From Chloroflexota bacterium (GTDB lineage: Bacteria > Chloroflexota > Limnocylindria > Limnocylindrales > CSP1-4), in assembly GCA_003141955.1 (NCBI GenBank), contig PLOC01000094.1, positions 35,000-98,999 of the forward strand: a stretch of DNA of 64,000 bases. Direction: 5' to 3'. Below, piece after piece: positions 19,932-29,434 of the stretch. The notes below the pieces were generated by a model. It did not search any database. It was not told the DNA's origin and was given only the letters and a program-made list of their open reading frames with translations. Made by a program: the position numbers and the translations under genes. Within the stretch, counting starts at the first letter, position 1, and each line of letters starts with the position of its first letter.

Positions 19932-20222
19932 GTGCCGCACATGGAAATCCTCGGCTGGATCGTCGTCGGATTCCTGGCCGGGGCTCTCTCCAGTGCCGTC
20001 GTGAAGGGAGGGGGGCCGCAGGGCTGCCTCGGCAATACGATGATCGGGATCCTCGGCGGACTCCTCGGAGGCTGGTTCGCCACCGAGGAGTTGCACATGG
20101 GCAGCACCAGCGGCTTCCTTGGGGCTCTCCTGGTTGCTTTCCTTGGCGCCACCGTCATCCGCCTCATCCTGAACGCGCTGGAGGGTGACGACCCGCGCGG
20201 ACGTCGCGGGTCGCGCTACTAG
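19932..20222 (+). CDS. GlsB/YeaQ/YmgE (transglycosylase-associated) family stress membrane protein
   Basis: ILGWIVVGFLAGALS...IGILGGLLGGWF...LGALLVAFLGA is the typical three-helix Gly-zipper pattern. The start may be the ATG at 19941. Confidence 0.85.
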   Translation: MPHMEILGWIVVGFLAGALSSAVVKGGGPQGCLGNTMIGILGGLLGGWFATEELHMGSTSGFLGALLVAFLGATVIRLILNALEGDDPRGRRGSRY

Positions 20223-20305
20223 CCGCATTTCCAGAGCCGTCCCCGGCCTCCTACCCCATCGGGCGGGACAGTTTCGACGCGATCGACGCCTGTATCCGCG
20301 ATAGC

Positions 20306-20313
20306 GGTAGGAT
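20306..20313 (+). promoter_or_regulatory. Candidate -10 element GGTAGGAT upstream of citrate synthase
   Basis: One-mismatch variant of the recurring GGTAGAAT, 86 nt upstream of ATG 20399, which has SD AAGGAGGG. Confidence 0.3.
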
Positions 20314-20398
20314 GCGTTCCACGATTCCGCCCGCGGGGAAAGCTGCCACCCCGGGGCCCGCGAACGCGAGACGGTCCTGAGCCCCAAGGAGGGCCACG

Positions 20399-21586
20399 AT
20401 GACGACGATTTCACAGAACCCCGCTGCTCCCATCGTGAACGAGCCCGCGGCAGCAGCGCCGGCGACGCCGCCCGAGGCCGCGCCGAAGCCGGAGCGACCG
20501 TACTCACCCGGCCTCGAAGGCGTGATCGCCGCCGAGACCGCCGTCGGATACGTGGACGGCGCGAATGGCCGGCTGCTGTACCGCGGCTACCCCATCGGCC
20601 AGCTGGTCGAGAAGGGAACCTACGGCCGCGTCGCCGAGCTGCTCTGGACCGGTGAGTGGCGCAAGTCCGCGCGCCTGGTGCCCGCCCCGGTACCCGAGCC
20701 CGTCATGTGCGCTCTGTACGAGCTGCCGTCTCACACCCACCCCATGGATGCGTTGCGCACCGCGGTGTCCGTCTGGGGCGCGTGGCGCCGGCCGCACTGG
20801 CCCCCCACCGTCGACCAGGCCCGTGAGGTCACCGCGTTCGCACCCTCGGCGCTGGCAGCTTTCCATCGCCTTCGCAACGGCCTCGAGCCGGTCAAGCCGA
20901 ACCCCAAGCTCTCTCTGGCGGGCGGCTTCCTGCAGCAGCTGACCGGCAAGGACCCCGATCCTGCCGACGCCCGCGCCCTCGACGCGTACTTCATCGTCGG
21001 GGCCGAGCACGGCCTGAACGCCTCGACGTTCACCTGCCGGGTCATCATCTCGACCCGCTCGGACCTGGCCAGCGCCATCTGCGGGGCAATCGGCGCCCTG
21101 AAGGGCCCGCTCCACGGTGGCGCCCCGGCCGAGGTCGTGAGCCAGCTTCATGAGATCGGCTCCCCCGAGCACGCCGAGAAGTGGGTCCGCGAGGCAATTG
21201 CCCGCGGCGACCGGATCATGGGCTTCGGCCACCGCGTCTACCGCGCCTACGACCCCCGCGCCGCCGCCCTCCGGAAAGTGGCCGAGGGCATGGCCGACAT
21301 GGCCGAGTGGCTCGACGTGGCAGTCAAGGTGGAGGACGTGGTCCTGCGCGTCTTCGGCGAGCTGAAGCCGGACCGCGTCATCAAGACCAACGTCGAGTAC
21401 TACGCCGCCGCGGTGCTCCAGGGAGTCGGTCTTCCACCGGACCTCTTCCCGCCAACCTTCGCGCTCGCGCGCATGGCCGGCTGGGGCGCCCACGCCATCG
21501 AGCAGGCCTCGGCCGACAAGCTCATCCGGCCGGATGCCCGGTATGTCGGCCCGGCGGAGATGGACGTCCCGGCACTGGGCCGCTAG
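20399..21586 (+). CDS. gltA: Citrate synthase
   Basis: GLEGVIAAET..YRGY, GPLHGGA, and GFGHRVYRAYDPRA (catalytic His/Asp region). 395 aa. Confidence 0.95.
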   Translation: MTTISQNPAAPIVNEPAAAAPATPPEAAPKPERPYSPGLEGVIAAETAVGYVDGANGRLLYRGYPIGQLVEKGTYGRVAELLWTGEWRKSARLVPAPVPEPVMCALYELPSHTHPMDALRTAVSVWGAWRRPHWPPTVDQAREVTAFAPSALAAFHRLRNGLEPVKPNPKLSLAGGFLQQLTGKDPDPADARALDAYFIVGAEHGLNASTFTCRVIISTRSDLASAICGAIGALKGPLHGGAPAEVVSQLHEIGSPEHAEKWVREAIARGDRIMGFGHRVYRAYDPRAAALRKVAEGMADMAEWLDVAVKVEDVVLRVFGELKPDRVIKTNVEYYAAAVLQGVGLPPDLFPPTFALARMAGWGAHAIEQASADKLIRPDARYVGPAEMDVPALGR

Positions 21587-21612
21587 AGCCGCGGCGCCGC
21601 AGCGCCGCCAGC

Positions 21613-21638
21613 CCGGGCCTCCTACCTGGGAGGCCCGG
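21613..21638. terminator. Hairpin between convergent gltA and MFS genes
   Basis: 10-bp stem ccgggcctcc / ggaggcccgg with a 6-nt loop, filling most of the 55-nt convergent gap. No U-tract. Confidence 0.45.
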
Positions 21639-21641
21639 CAG

Positions 21642-22901
21642 TCATTCGGCCGGCTCGGCGGGCTCGACGGCCCCTGCCGGTGGCACCCTCACGGCGCCGC
21701 CCGTTCGACGCGCAAAGATGATGGCCATGACGAAGCCGACCACGAGCACCAGGGCCGCCAGGTAGAAGACCGTTCGCAACCCCGAGCCGACCACCGCCGA
21801 GCCCAGGGCGGGCCCCGCTATCCCGCCCAGATACAGCGGCAGGAAGACCAGGTTGAGGGTTGCGGATCGGCGCTCGGCCGGCACCTCCACCGCCAGGATC
21901 CCGGAGACCATCGCCCCGATGGCCGCCAGGAAGGCGACCGCGAGGCCGTACGCAACTGCCATCCAGGCCGCCGAGGGGGCAAGTGGCAGCGCCGCGAAGG
22001 AAAGGGCCAGGCCGCCCATCGATACCACCATGACCGTCCGGAAGCCCACACGATCGGCAACCCAACCGCCCACGGGCGAAAGGGCCGCGCCCACGATCGT
22101 GGCCACGCCCAGCACCAGCCCGATCGAGCCGGCCACCTCCAGGGGCGTGTGCTCCACGTCGTGGACGAGCAACGCCAGGTACTGCGTCGACATCTGGCGG
22201 CCCAGGAAGGCGATGCCGTAGATCGTGAAGAGCCACCGCACCGTCCGATCCGACAGCACGCCCCGGACGGCGCCGAAGGCCAGCCTCAAGACGCTTCCCT
22301 GGGGCACGACCTCCGGCCGGACCTCGGCCGAACCCACGGCAAGCATCAGCGCCACCGCCGCCGAGAGGATCGCCGCGACCGCGAAGACGTTGCCGCTGGC
22401 CATGTGGAGCTGGTCGATCATGACCGACCCCACGGCCGGGCCCACCCCAAAGCCGAGCGGGCTGCTGGCAGCGAAGATGCCCATCGCCAGACCCAGCCGG
22501 TGCGAGGGCGTGACGTCGCGGATGGCCGCCATCATGACGCCGCTGTTGCCCAGCTGGAAGGCAACGAGCAGGACTCCGATGACGAGCTGCCACGGCTCGC
22601 GGCTCGCCGCCACCACGCCGAAGACCACGACCTCCACGAGCGCGCTGCGGATGATCACTGCCTTGCGGCTGTACTTGTCCGCCCAGACGCCCCACAGCGG
22701 GACGAGCGGCAATCCCGTGAGGAAGAAGAGGGCGCCAAGCACCCCGACGAACCGCTCGATGTCTGGCGTCGACATGCCGACTTCCGCCAGTCGATTCGGC
22801 AGGAAAGCGTAAACCTGGGCCACCCCGAAGCCCTCGACGAACGAGGTGATCCAGTACAGGGTGAGAAGCAGACGCCAGTCTGACTGGCCGTGGCGGCGCA
22901 T
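21642..22901 (-). CDS. MFS transporter
   Basis: Start at MRRHGQSDW (aa 69 of the track ORF). About 12 hydrophobic spans. The MFS loop motif GVWADKYSRK is present. Confidence 0.88.
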   Translation of the reverse strand: MRRHGQSDWRLLLTLYWITSFVEGFGVAQVYAFLPNRLAEVGMSTPDIERFVGVLGALFFLTGLPLVPLWGVWADKYSRKAVIIRSALVEVVVFGVVAASREPWQLVIGVLLVAFQLGNSGVMMAAIRDVTPSHRLGLAMGIFAASSPLGFGVGPAVGSVMIDQLHMASGNVFAVAAILSAAVALMLAVGSAEVRPEVVPQGSVLRLAFGAVRGVLSDRTVRWLFTIYGIAFLGRQMSTQYLALLVHDVEHTPLEVAGSIGLVLGVATIVGAALSPVGGWVADRVGFRTVMVVSMGGLALSFAALPLAPSAAWMAVAYGLAVAFLAAIGAMVSGILAVEVPAERRSATLNLVFLPLYLGGIAGPALGSAVVGSGLRTVFYLAALVLVVGFVMAIIFARRTGGAVRVPPAGAVEPAEPAE

Positions 22902-22981
22902 CGTGGCAGCGTAACGGAGCCGGGGCGGCGGGGTCACGAAACCCCAGCGGTTATCGCTGGTATGCCCGCAGGAGGTATCTT

Positions 22982-23941
22982 GTGACCCGCAGTCCGAGGA
23001 CCGGAGGAGATAACCAGGTGAACGACACAACTTGGCGGAACCTGTCAGCCATGCTGGGAGTGGCCTGCGTGGTGCTGATAATCGCTGCCGGCGCGTTGCT
23101 GGCAACCTCGGGGGAGTCGCCCGCGCCGTCCCAGGCGGCCGGCTCAGTTGCCAGCGTGATCCCGTCCGGATCGGCCTCTTCCGCCCCTTCAGGATCTTCA
23201 GGTTCGCCCGCGCCCTCGGCTTCTACGGGTCCCTCCTCCATTCCTACGCCCGCGCCGACCGGCACGCCCGCGGCCAACGCCCCGATCGCGCACATCACGT
23301 TCAACAACCTGCAGCTCGACGGCGCGACTGACCCGCTGGGCAAGGCGCGGACATTCACCTTCATCACCGACGGCTCCGGTCCGGTTGGGATCGCGATCAC
23401 CAAGGCTCCGACGAAGGCCACGACCAGGATATGCGCCCAGATCGACGGCGGGAAGGCCGACTGCCGCACCGGCACCAAGGTCACCTACACGGGTGCCTAT
23501 ACGGACACGGCGCACTCGGTCTGGGTCGTAACGCTCATCGGGCCGGCCGCCACCGGGCCGACGATTGACGTGGCCTTCTCGTGGCCGAGCCACAACGCCC
23601 AGATAACCCTGACCCACGGCCGATTCCAGGGCAGCTCCAGCCCGGGCGTTTCCCAGAATCTCAACGGCTTCGCTGCGACGTTCACTCCAGTCGCCTCCGG
23701 CAATCTGACCGTGGCAGCTTCGTGGACCGTCATCACCACCAACGTCGCGGTCACGACCAACCAGATCAGTGGTACCTCATCGAACATGGTCGACCAGAAG
23801 CAGATCAACAGCGCCACGAACCTGGGCACGCCGGGCTACACGTTCGGTGTCGCCGCGGGCACGACGTACCAGGTCTCGCTGCGGAACCTGTCCGCCGACA
23901 GCCAGCGGCCGGACCTGACGGCCGTGATCTCGATCCCCTAG
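22982..23941 (+). CDS. Membrane-anchored extracellular protein, unknown family (paralogue 1)
   Basis: GTG start preceded by AGGAGG. It has an N-terminal TM anchor, a Ser/Pro/Ala linker, and a ~220-aa C-terminal domain homologous to the next gene. That domain ends RPDLTAVISIP. Confidence 0.8.
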   Translation: MTRSPRTGGDNQVNDTTWRNLSAMLGVACVVLIIAAGALLATSGESPAPSQAAGSVASVIPSGSASSAPSGSSGSPAPSASTGPSSIPTPAPTGTPAANAPIAHITFNNLQLDGATDPLGKARTFTFITDGSGPVGIAITKAPTKATTRICAQIDGGKADCRTGTKVTYTGAYTDTAHSVWVVTLIGPAATGPTIDVAFSWPSHNAQITLTHGRFQGSSSPGVSQNLNGFAATFTPVASGNLTVAASWTVITTNVAVTTNQISGTSSNMVDQKQINSATNLGTPGYTFGVAAGTTYQVSLRNLSADSQRPDLTAVISIP

Positions 23942-24055
23942 TCACTGAGTCGACCTGAGGCTGCTGCCAGGGCACAGCCCAGCCGATCCATTCAGCGGGG
24001 CCGGTTGAGTCTGCCCGCCCGGGCGTGGTCATCCGACTGACGAGGAGGCGAGCGC

Positions 24056-25246
24056 TTGGAGGAGTCCCCGATGGAGGGCCCGCCGGTCAACGGCCCGGCA
24101 GGCGAGGATTCGGCTCCGGCAGGCTCGACGTCCGCGGACGCCACCCAAAGAGCGGCGGGCGGGGGAGCGGGCAGTCGCGGCGCCCCGAGCGTACGACTTC
24201 GCGGTGCCGGTGCCTTCGCCATCGATCCGGCCAAGGGCGAGCCCGCCAACGGGCCGATCCCCAGCCCGAGGGCGAGGCCGAGCGCGGCGTCCTCCAGGCG
24301 GTGGCGCAACGTCGCCCTGGGGCTCGGGCTTGTCCTGGCGGTCCTGGCCGGCGCCACAGGCAAGCTGCTATTGTCGGCTGTGAACCACGGCTCCGCTTCT
24401 GTGGGCGTCACCGTCAGCGCGGTTGCAAGCGCGGAAACTGCATCGCCTGCGCCGGCCGGTCAGACCCCCGCCACGCCCAGCCCGACCGGGACGCCTGGCG
24501 CGACCGGGACGGCCGGCGCCACCGGGACGGCCGGCGCGAGCTCCACGGCGGTGGCCACCACCACCCCTGCGCCGCTGGTGAGCGGAACCGCGTCGCCCGC
24601 GACGATCACCTTCCACGAAATGATGCTCGACTCCGCTGCGGACTCCGGCGGCATGGCACGCACCTTCGCGTTCACGAGCGACGGACCCGGGTCCGTCTCT
24701 GCCGAGGTGGTGGCCGCTGCTCCGCTTGCCAACTTGAAGATGTGCATCCAGGTGAACGGCGGCCCGCAGAGCTGCGCAACTGGCGCGACGCCTGGCTTCT
24801 TCACCATGGCCCCGTCCACCGGGGATCAGGCCGAGTGGATCGTGACGCTCATCGCGACGGATGCGGGCGCGACGCCGGTGGCGGACGTGGCCTTCACCTG
24901 GCGGACGAAGGCGCCGGCGATCACGCTCAGCGACGGCCGGTTCCAGGGGGCGCCCAACCCCGACTCGCTGCGGGGCTTCACCGTCACGTTCAAGGCGCGG
25001 GCGGCCGGGACGGTCGGAGTCATTGCCTCCTGGCCGCCTGTTTCCGCGGATGCGGCGCTGACCCTGACCGATGTCACTTCCTCGCCGGGATCGACTGTGG
25101 GCACGGCCACGTACCCGGCGGCCGGGTCGATCGCACCGGCCTATTCCCACGCCGTGGCCGCAGGCCGGACCTACCAAATCCAGGTTCTGAACACGGGCTC
25201 GGACAGCGGGCGGCCGGATCTCACGACGACGATCTCATTCCCCTAG
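24056..25246 (+). CDS. Membrane-anchored extracellular protein, unknown family (paralogue 2)
   Basis: Same architecture, with a longer Gly/Ala/Pro/Thr linker. The C-terminal domain aligns throughout with paralogue 1 and ends RPDLTTTISFP. The start may be the ATG at 24071. Confidence 0.8.
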   Translation: MEESPMEGPPVNGPAGEDSAPAGSTSADATQRAAGGGAGSRGAPSVRLRGAGAFAIDPAKGEPANGPIPSPRARPSAASSRRWRNVALGLGLVLAVLAGATGKLLLSAVNHGSASVGVTVSAVASAETASPAPAGQTPATPSPTGTPGATGTAGATGTAGASSTAVATTTPAPLVSGTASPATITFHEMMLDSAADSGGMARTFAFTSDGPGSVSAEVVAAAPLANLKMCIQVNGGPQSCATGATPGFFTMAPSTGDQAEWIVTLIATDAGATPVADVAFTWRTKAPAITLSDGRFQGAPNPDSLRGFTVTFKARAAGTVGVIASWPPVSADAALTLTDVTSSPGSTVGTATYPAAGSIAPAYSHAVAAGRTYQIQVLNTGSDSGRPDLTTTISFP

Positions 25247-25297
25247 CCCGGATCCACCGACCCCGCTTGCATCTCGCTCGGTCAGCCGGGCTCGATA

Positions 25298-25624
25298 TCA
25301 GCCGGGCTCGATCTCGTCGCTGCGGACCACTCGCCCGATGGCTCGGGCTCGGAAGCCGGTCCACACGCCCGACCGGGTATAGACATCGGACTTCACGATC
25401 GCGATGGCCGCCGCCTCGTCGGGAGCGCGCACGAGCAGCAGCGACCCGCTCATGTCGGCATAGCCGCCGGCCTCCACGATGGTCCCGGCCGCCCGGAGCT
25501 GGCCGATCCTCCTGAGGTGCTCCTGCCGAACGGCCGGGCGGCGTTCGGCCGCATCCGGGCCGTACGTCGCCTCGATCGCCCACACCGACTCGATCGCCAG
25601 GCCATCTGGTATCTCTCCGGCCAT
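25298..25624 (-). CDS. YciI-like (YCII-related domain) protein
   Basis: 108 aa. The size and the pattern ...RRPAVRQEHLRRIGQLRAAGTIVEAGGY...GSLLLVRAPDEAAAIAIVKSDVY fit the YciI fold family. Confidence 0.75.
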   Translation of the reverse strand: MAGEIPDGLAIESVWAIEATYGPDAAERRPAVRQEHLRRIGQLRAAGTIVEAGGYADMSGSLLLVRAPDEAAAIAIVKSDVYTRSGVWTGFRARAIGRVVRSDEIEPG

Positions 25625-25635
25625 CGTGTCCTCCG

Positions 25636-28128
25636 TCAGTCTGCCAGTTCCTCGCCCGGCACCGAGACCTGAACGTCTGCGTCGGGGTCGACCTCATCGT
25701 CCTCGATGTGAGCGTCCCCCATGGATGGCGATTCAGTTCCGCCGGGCGCGGAGGCATTGGCCTCCGGCTGGTCGGAAGCGGCGCCGGCCGGTCCGGCCGC
25801 GACGGCTCCTTCGGGCGTGGGCTCCCGCGAGGCTTGCTCGGCCGTCGAAGGCTCGCTCGCAGCGGGCTCCCCGGGGGACGGCTCCGTCCCGCCCGCATCA
25901 CCTCCGGCCGGCTCGGCCTTGCCCTTTGCCTTCGCGCCCCCGCCTGCACCCCCGCCGGCTCGTGCCGCCTCGGCCGCCTCCGTGTCCGTCGGACCCGGCA
26001 GCTCCACGACGGCATCGGCCAACGCGTCGTAGCGGTTCGAGCAGGCCAGGTAGATGACCTGGAAGTCGGACGAGAGCTCGCGCAGCAGCACCGCGGCCCG
26101 CGCTGCCCTCTGATCGTCGAAGGTCACGAACGGGTCGTCCAGGACCAGCGGCGGCCTCTTCCCCTGCGTGACCAGGCGAACGAGGCCAATGCGGGCGGCC
26201 AGATAGATCTGATCGATGGTGCCCTTGCTCAGGCGGCTGGCGGCTACCCAGTCGCCACGCTCGGGAGCCCAGACGTCAACATCCAGGGAACGGTCGTCGA
26301 TCTCGACCTTGCGGTAGCGGCCGCCGGTGAGACGTGCGATGTCACGGCCGACCTGCTGCTCCAGGAAGCGGGTCGCCTTGCGCATCGTCATGCCCTCGGC
26401 GGTCTCGATCGCCGCCAGAGTCGCTTCGTAGATCCGGACACGCCGCTTGAGGGCGTTCAGCTGCTCTCGCCAGGTGACGAGCCGCTCCGCTTCGCCGGCG
26501 ACCTGCTCGGCATCGACAGGATTGGCGTCCACCCGAGCGATCGCGGCGGCCTCGGCGTCACGTGCCCGCTCCAGCGCCTCCTGGCGGTCGCGCACCTCCG
26601 CCTCCAGACGCTCGCGCGCCCTGGCGTCGGTCGCCACCGGGCCAAGCGCCTCCAGGGCCGCGGCCTTCTGCTCCATCTCGAGGGCGGCCTGGTCGCGCAG
26701 CGCCGCGACATTGGCCTCGCTCTGGCCGGCCAGAAGCGCCGATACCTGGACCTGCAACGTGGCGATCTCCTGACGCCGGCCCTGCTCGCCCGTCAGCAGC
26801 CGCTCCGCCGAGGCGATGTCGGAGGCGCCAAGCTCCCGCAGGAGGTTCTGCACGCCCGACTGCGCGACCCGGAGGCCCTCTTCGGTGCCGACCTTGCTCT
26901 GCCGTCGGACGGCTCTCTCCCGCTCGCGAGCGTCGTTGGCGTGCTGGACGAGCATGGCCGCTGCGCGCCGCTCCAGGAAGAAGTAGATCAGCAAGACGGT
27001 CAGCAGCACGAAGATGGCGCCGGTCATGATCAGCGGCGCGAGCCCGGCCGTGAACCCGTACAGGAGCGAGAGGACCGCCACCAGGAGGAAGAAGGCCGTC
27101 GCCAGCCCCCACAGTCGGTAGCTGGGCACCGGCTCGTCGGGCTCGACGTCCGGCCCCTGCTCCTCTCGAAGCGATTCCTGCTGGATGTTCACGCGGCTCT
27201 GCAGCGTGCGCATTCGGTCCAGCGTGTCGCGGAGGCTCGACATCGAGCGCTCCGGCATCGACTCCAGCACCTGGAGACGCTGCTGCGCGTCGGCGGCCTG
27301 GCGGAGTCGTTCGAAGCGCTCCGAGACGACGATGCGATCGGACCGGAGGCGATCCGCCTGGCGGGCGCCCTCGAGCATGTTTCGGCTCTCGCTCAGGGCC
27401 TGCTCGGCGCGGAGGCGGCCGGCGCGAGCCTGGGCGAGGGCGTCGCGATCGTGCTCCAGCTTCTCGAGCGCGCTCTCACCGGTGCGCAGCGCAGTTTCTG
27501 CCCTCGCCACGGCTTCGTCCGCGATCTTGAGGCGGCCGGGATTCTTGTCCCCGCGGGACTTGAGGGCGCGGACCGTCTCCTCGAGACGGGATTTGGCCCG
27601 CGAACTGCCCTTGTCGCCGCCGCCGACGCTGCCCTGCAGCCGGTCTCGCAGCGCGCCCTCGTCGCGGTCCAGGTCGTCGAGCTCCTCGTGGCGGATCGAG
27701 GCGGTGGAGCGGAAGAAAGCCTCATTGGGGATGCCGGTCAGCTCGGCGATGATCTGGTCCGCCCGAGCCGGGTCCGTGTAGGTCTGGCCGTCGTACTCGA
27801 GCGCTACTCGGCCGCGCTGGCCGCGAAACTCCTTCTCCAGAACGCCGTGGCGGACGGTGAGCTGGCCCGTTTCCTCGTTCTCGTCCTCGACCACGAATTC
27901 GAGACGCGTGCTCGCACGGGCCTCGTCGGCTGCGCCCCAGGTGCGCAGCGTGTCGAGCTCGGTGCCCGTAGCCGTCGCCTTGCGGAACAGAGCCAGCTCG
28001 ATGCCACGCTGGATGGTCGACTTGCCGGCCTCGTTCGGGCCGCGAATGATCGTGAAGCCCGGTGCCAGCTCCAGGTTGAGCTCGCGGTGCTTGCCGAAGT
28101 CCTTGAGCTGGATGCGAAGGATCCTCAT
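25636..28128 (-). CDS. SMC/Rad50-like AAA ATPase of the YhaN (SbcE) type, with a membrane hairpin in the coiled coil
   Basis: N-terminal Walker A RGPNEAGKST, a long Glu/Arg/Leu coiled coil, and C-terminal Walker B/D-loop PLVLDDPFVTFDD. Residues ~338-386 form two hydrophobic helices. There is a ~110-aa acidic low-complexity tail. Confidence 0.88.
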   Translation of the reverse strand: MRILRIQLKDFGKHRELNLELAPGFTIIRGPNEAGKSTIQRGIELALFRKATATGTELDTLRTWGAADEARASTRLEFVVEDENEETGQLTVRHGVLEKEFRGQRGRVALEYDGQTYTDPARADQIIAELTGIPNEAFFRSTASIRHEELDDLDRDEGALRDRLQGSVGGGDKGSSRAKSRLEETVRALKSRGDKNPGRLKIADEAVARAETALRTGESALEKLEHDRDALAQARAGRLRAEQALSESRNMLEGARQADRLRSDRIVVSERFERLRQAADAQQRLQVLESMPERSMSSLRDTLDRMRTLQSRVNIQQESLREEQGPDVEPDEPVPSYRLWGLATAFFLLVAVLSLLYGFTAGLAPLIMTGAIFVLLTVLLIYFFLERRAAAMLVQHANDARERERAVRRQSKVGTEEGLRVAQSGVQNLLRELGASDIASAERLLTGEQGRRQEIATLQVQVSALLAGQSEANVAALRDQAALEMEQKAAALEALGPVATDARARERLEAEVRDRQEALERARDAEAAAIARVDANPVDAEQVAGEAERLVTWREQLNALKRRVRIYEATLAAIETAEGMTMRKATRFLEQQVGRDIARLTGGRYRKVEIDDRSLDVDVWAPERGDWVAASRLSKGTIDQIYLAARIGLVRLVTQGKRPPLVLDDPFVTFDDQRAARAAVLLRELSSDFQVIYLACSNRYDALADAVVELPGPTDTEAAEAARAGGGAGGGAKAKGKAEPAGGDAGGTEPSPGEPAASEPSTAEQASREPTPEGAVAAGPAGAASDQPEANASAPGGTESPSMGDAHIEDDEVDPDADVQVSVPGEELAD

Positions 28129-28141
28129 CGCCGCACCGCCA

Positions 28142-29434
28142 TCACAGCGTCACCGGGCGGCCTTCGAGGAGATGGCGCCCCAGGCGCAGCACCTCGCGAA
28201 GGTCGGCCAGCTCTTCGGCCGGATCCTGCCCCCGAGTCGCGGCCGGCGGCCGTGGCCTACCGCCTTCAAGCGCGATCGAATCGGTCGGCGCGGCATCGGT
28301 CGGCGCGGCGGCAGCGCCACGCGGCGAAGCGGCCGCTCCGGAGCCCTCCCCCGCTCCGGCCTTCTCCAACTCGGCGATCCGGGCCTCCACGTTCCGCACG
28401 AACGCCCCCATGACGGTGTCCGGCGGCGGCGCAGCTCCCTCCGGCGTGGCCGGGATAGACGCGTCGCGGACTCGGAACCGGAGGAACGCGGGCGCCAGGG
28501 CCCGTTCCACCTCGTCCAGATCCACATCCAGCATGTCCGGCAGAAAGCCGGTCAGACGCACATCCAGAACGAGGTTCGAGTCGGCGTGCTGGCCGATCGT
28601 GTCGATCAGGGCCGGCTGAGACTGGATCGCGCTGACGTCCAGTTCGAGCTTCTCGCTGCGCGTCTGGCCGACGCGCTTGGGTTCGATGGAAACCTGATGG
28701 CGACCGCCCCGGTCCTCGAGGGTGACGATCAGGACCTGTCCGGCACCATCCTGGTCGATCGCAACCGGCTCCGGCGCGCCCGAGTACGCGTACGTGACGT
28801 TCCCCGCCCGGCCTTCAATGGCCGAGTGCCAGTGGCCGAGCGCCAGGTAGTCGAGCCCGGTCCCCGCGATCTCGTCCTCGGTAAAGACGACTTCGTCGCC
28901 ATCCGTCCTGCCGGGTATCGCAAGCGCCCCGTGGACCATTCCGATCCGCCATGTCGCGCGTCGATCCATGCGGGCGTCGAAGCCGGCCAGCGGGCTCTTG
29001 GGCCCGCGCTTGGTGTTGAAGACCCGGCCGTGAACAACCGCGTCGAGCGAGGGCAGCCAGACGTTCGGCTGCTCGGGTGTCAGGACGGCGATCCACTCGG
29101 CGCTGGTGCGAGCCATGGCCGCCAGATCGTATGACCGGTAGATCGAGGCGCCGTCGTAGACGTCGTGAGTGCCCGGGATGATGACTGTTCGAATGGAGGC
29201 TTTGGCCAGGCGGGCCAGCTCCGCGGCCACGCGCTCCACGGACCGCCGAGGCTGGGTGTTGGAATCGAAGAGATCGCCCGCGATCAGCACGAGATCGACC
29301 GCCTCGACCACGGCCAGGTCGATCGTGACCCGGAACGCCGTGAACTGGCGCTCGCGCAGAACCGCGGCGCGCTCACCCAGATCCGTGTGCCGCGCTCCCA
29401 GGTGGACGTCGGCGGTGTGCAGAAGACGAAGCAT
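28142..29434 (-). CDS. Metallophosphoesterase, SbcD/YhaO-like nuclease subunit
   Basis: Start at MLRLLHTADVHLG (aa 127 of the track ORF). Calcineurin-like phosphoesterase motifs: DVHLG, IAGDLFD, IPGTHD, GHWH. The stop lies 13 nt before the ATPase gene start. Confidence 0.88.
   Translation of the reverse strand: MLRLLHTADVHLGARHTDLGERAAVLRERQFTAFRVTIDLAVVEAVDLVLIAGDLFDSNTQPRRSVERVAAELARLAKASIRTVIIPGTHDVYDGASIYRSYDLAAMARTSAEWIAVLTPEQPNVWLPSLDAVVHGRVFNTKRGPKSPLAGFDARMDRRATWRIGMVHGALAIPGRTDGDEVVFTEDEIAGTGLDYLALGHWHSAIEGRAGNVTYAYSGAPEPVAIDQDGAGQVLIVTLEDRGGRHQVSIEPKRVGQTRSEKLELDVSAIQSQPALIDTIGQHADSNLVLDVRLTGFLPDMLDVDLDEVERALAPAFLRFRVRDASIPATPEGAAPPPDTVMGAFVRNVEARIAELEKAGAGEGSGAAASPRGAAAAPTDAAPTDSIALEGGRPRPPAATRGQDPAEELADLREVLRLGRHLLEGRPVTL

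Noticed and set aside
20251-20433. 60-aa minus-strand ORF in the GlsB/gltA spacer
   Set aside because: It overlaps the gltA SD and start, and has no SD of its own and no motif. The region is better explained as the gltA promoter and leader.
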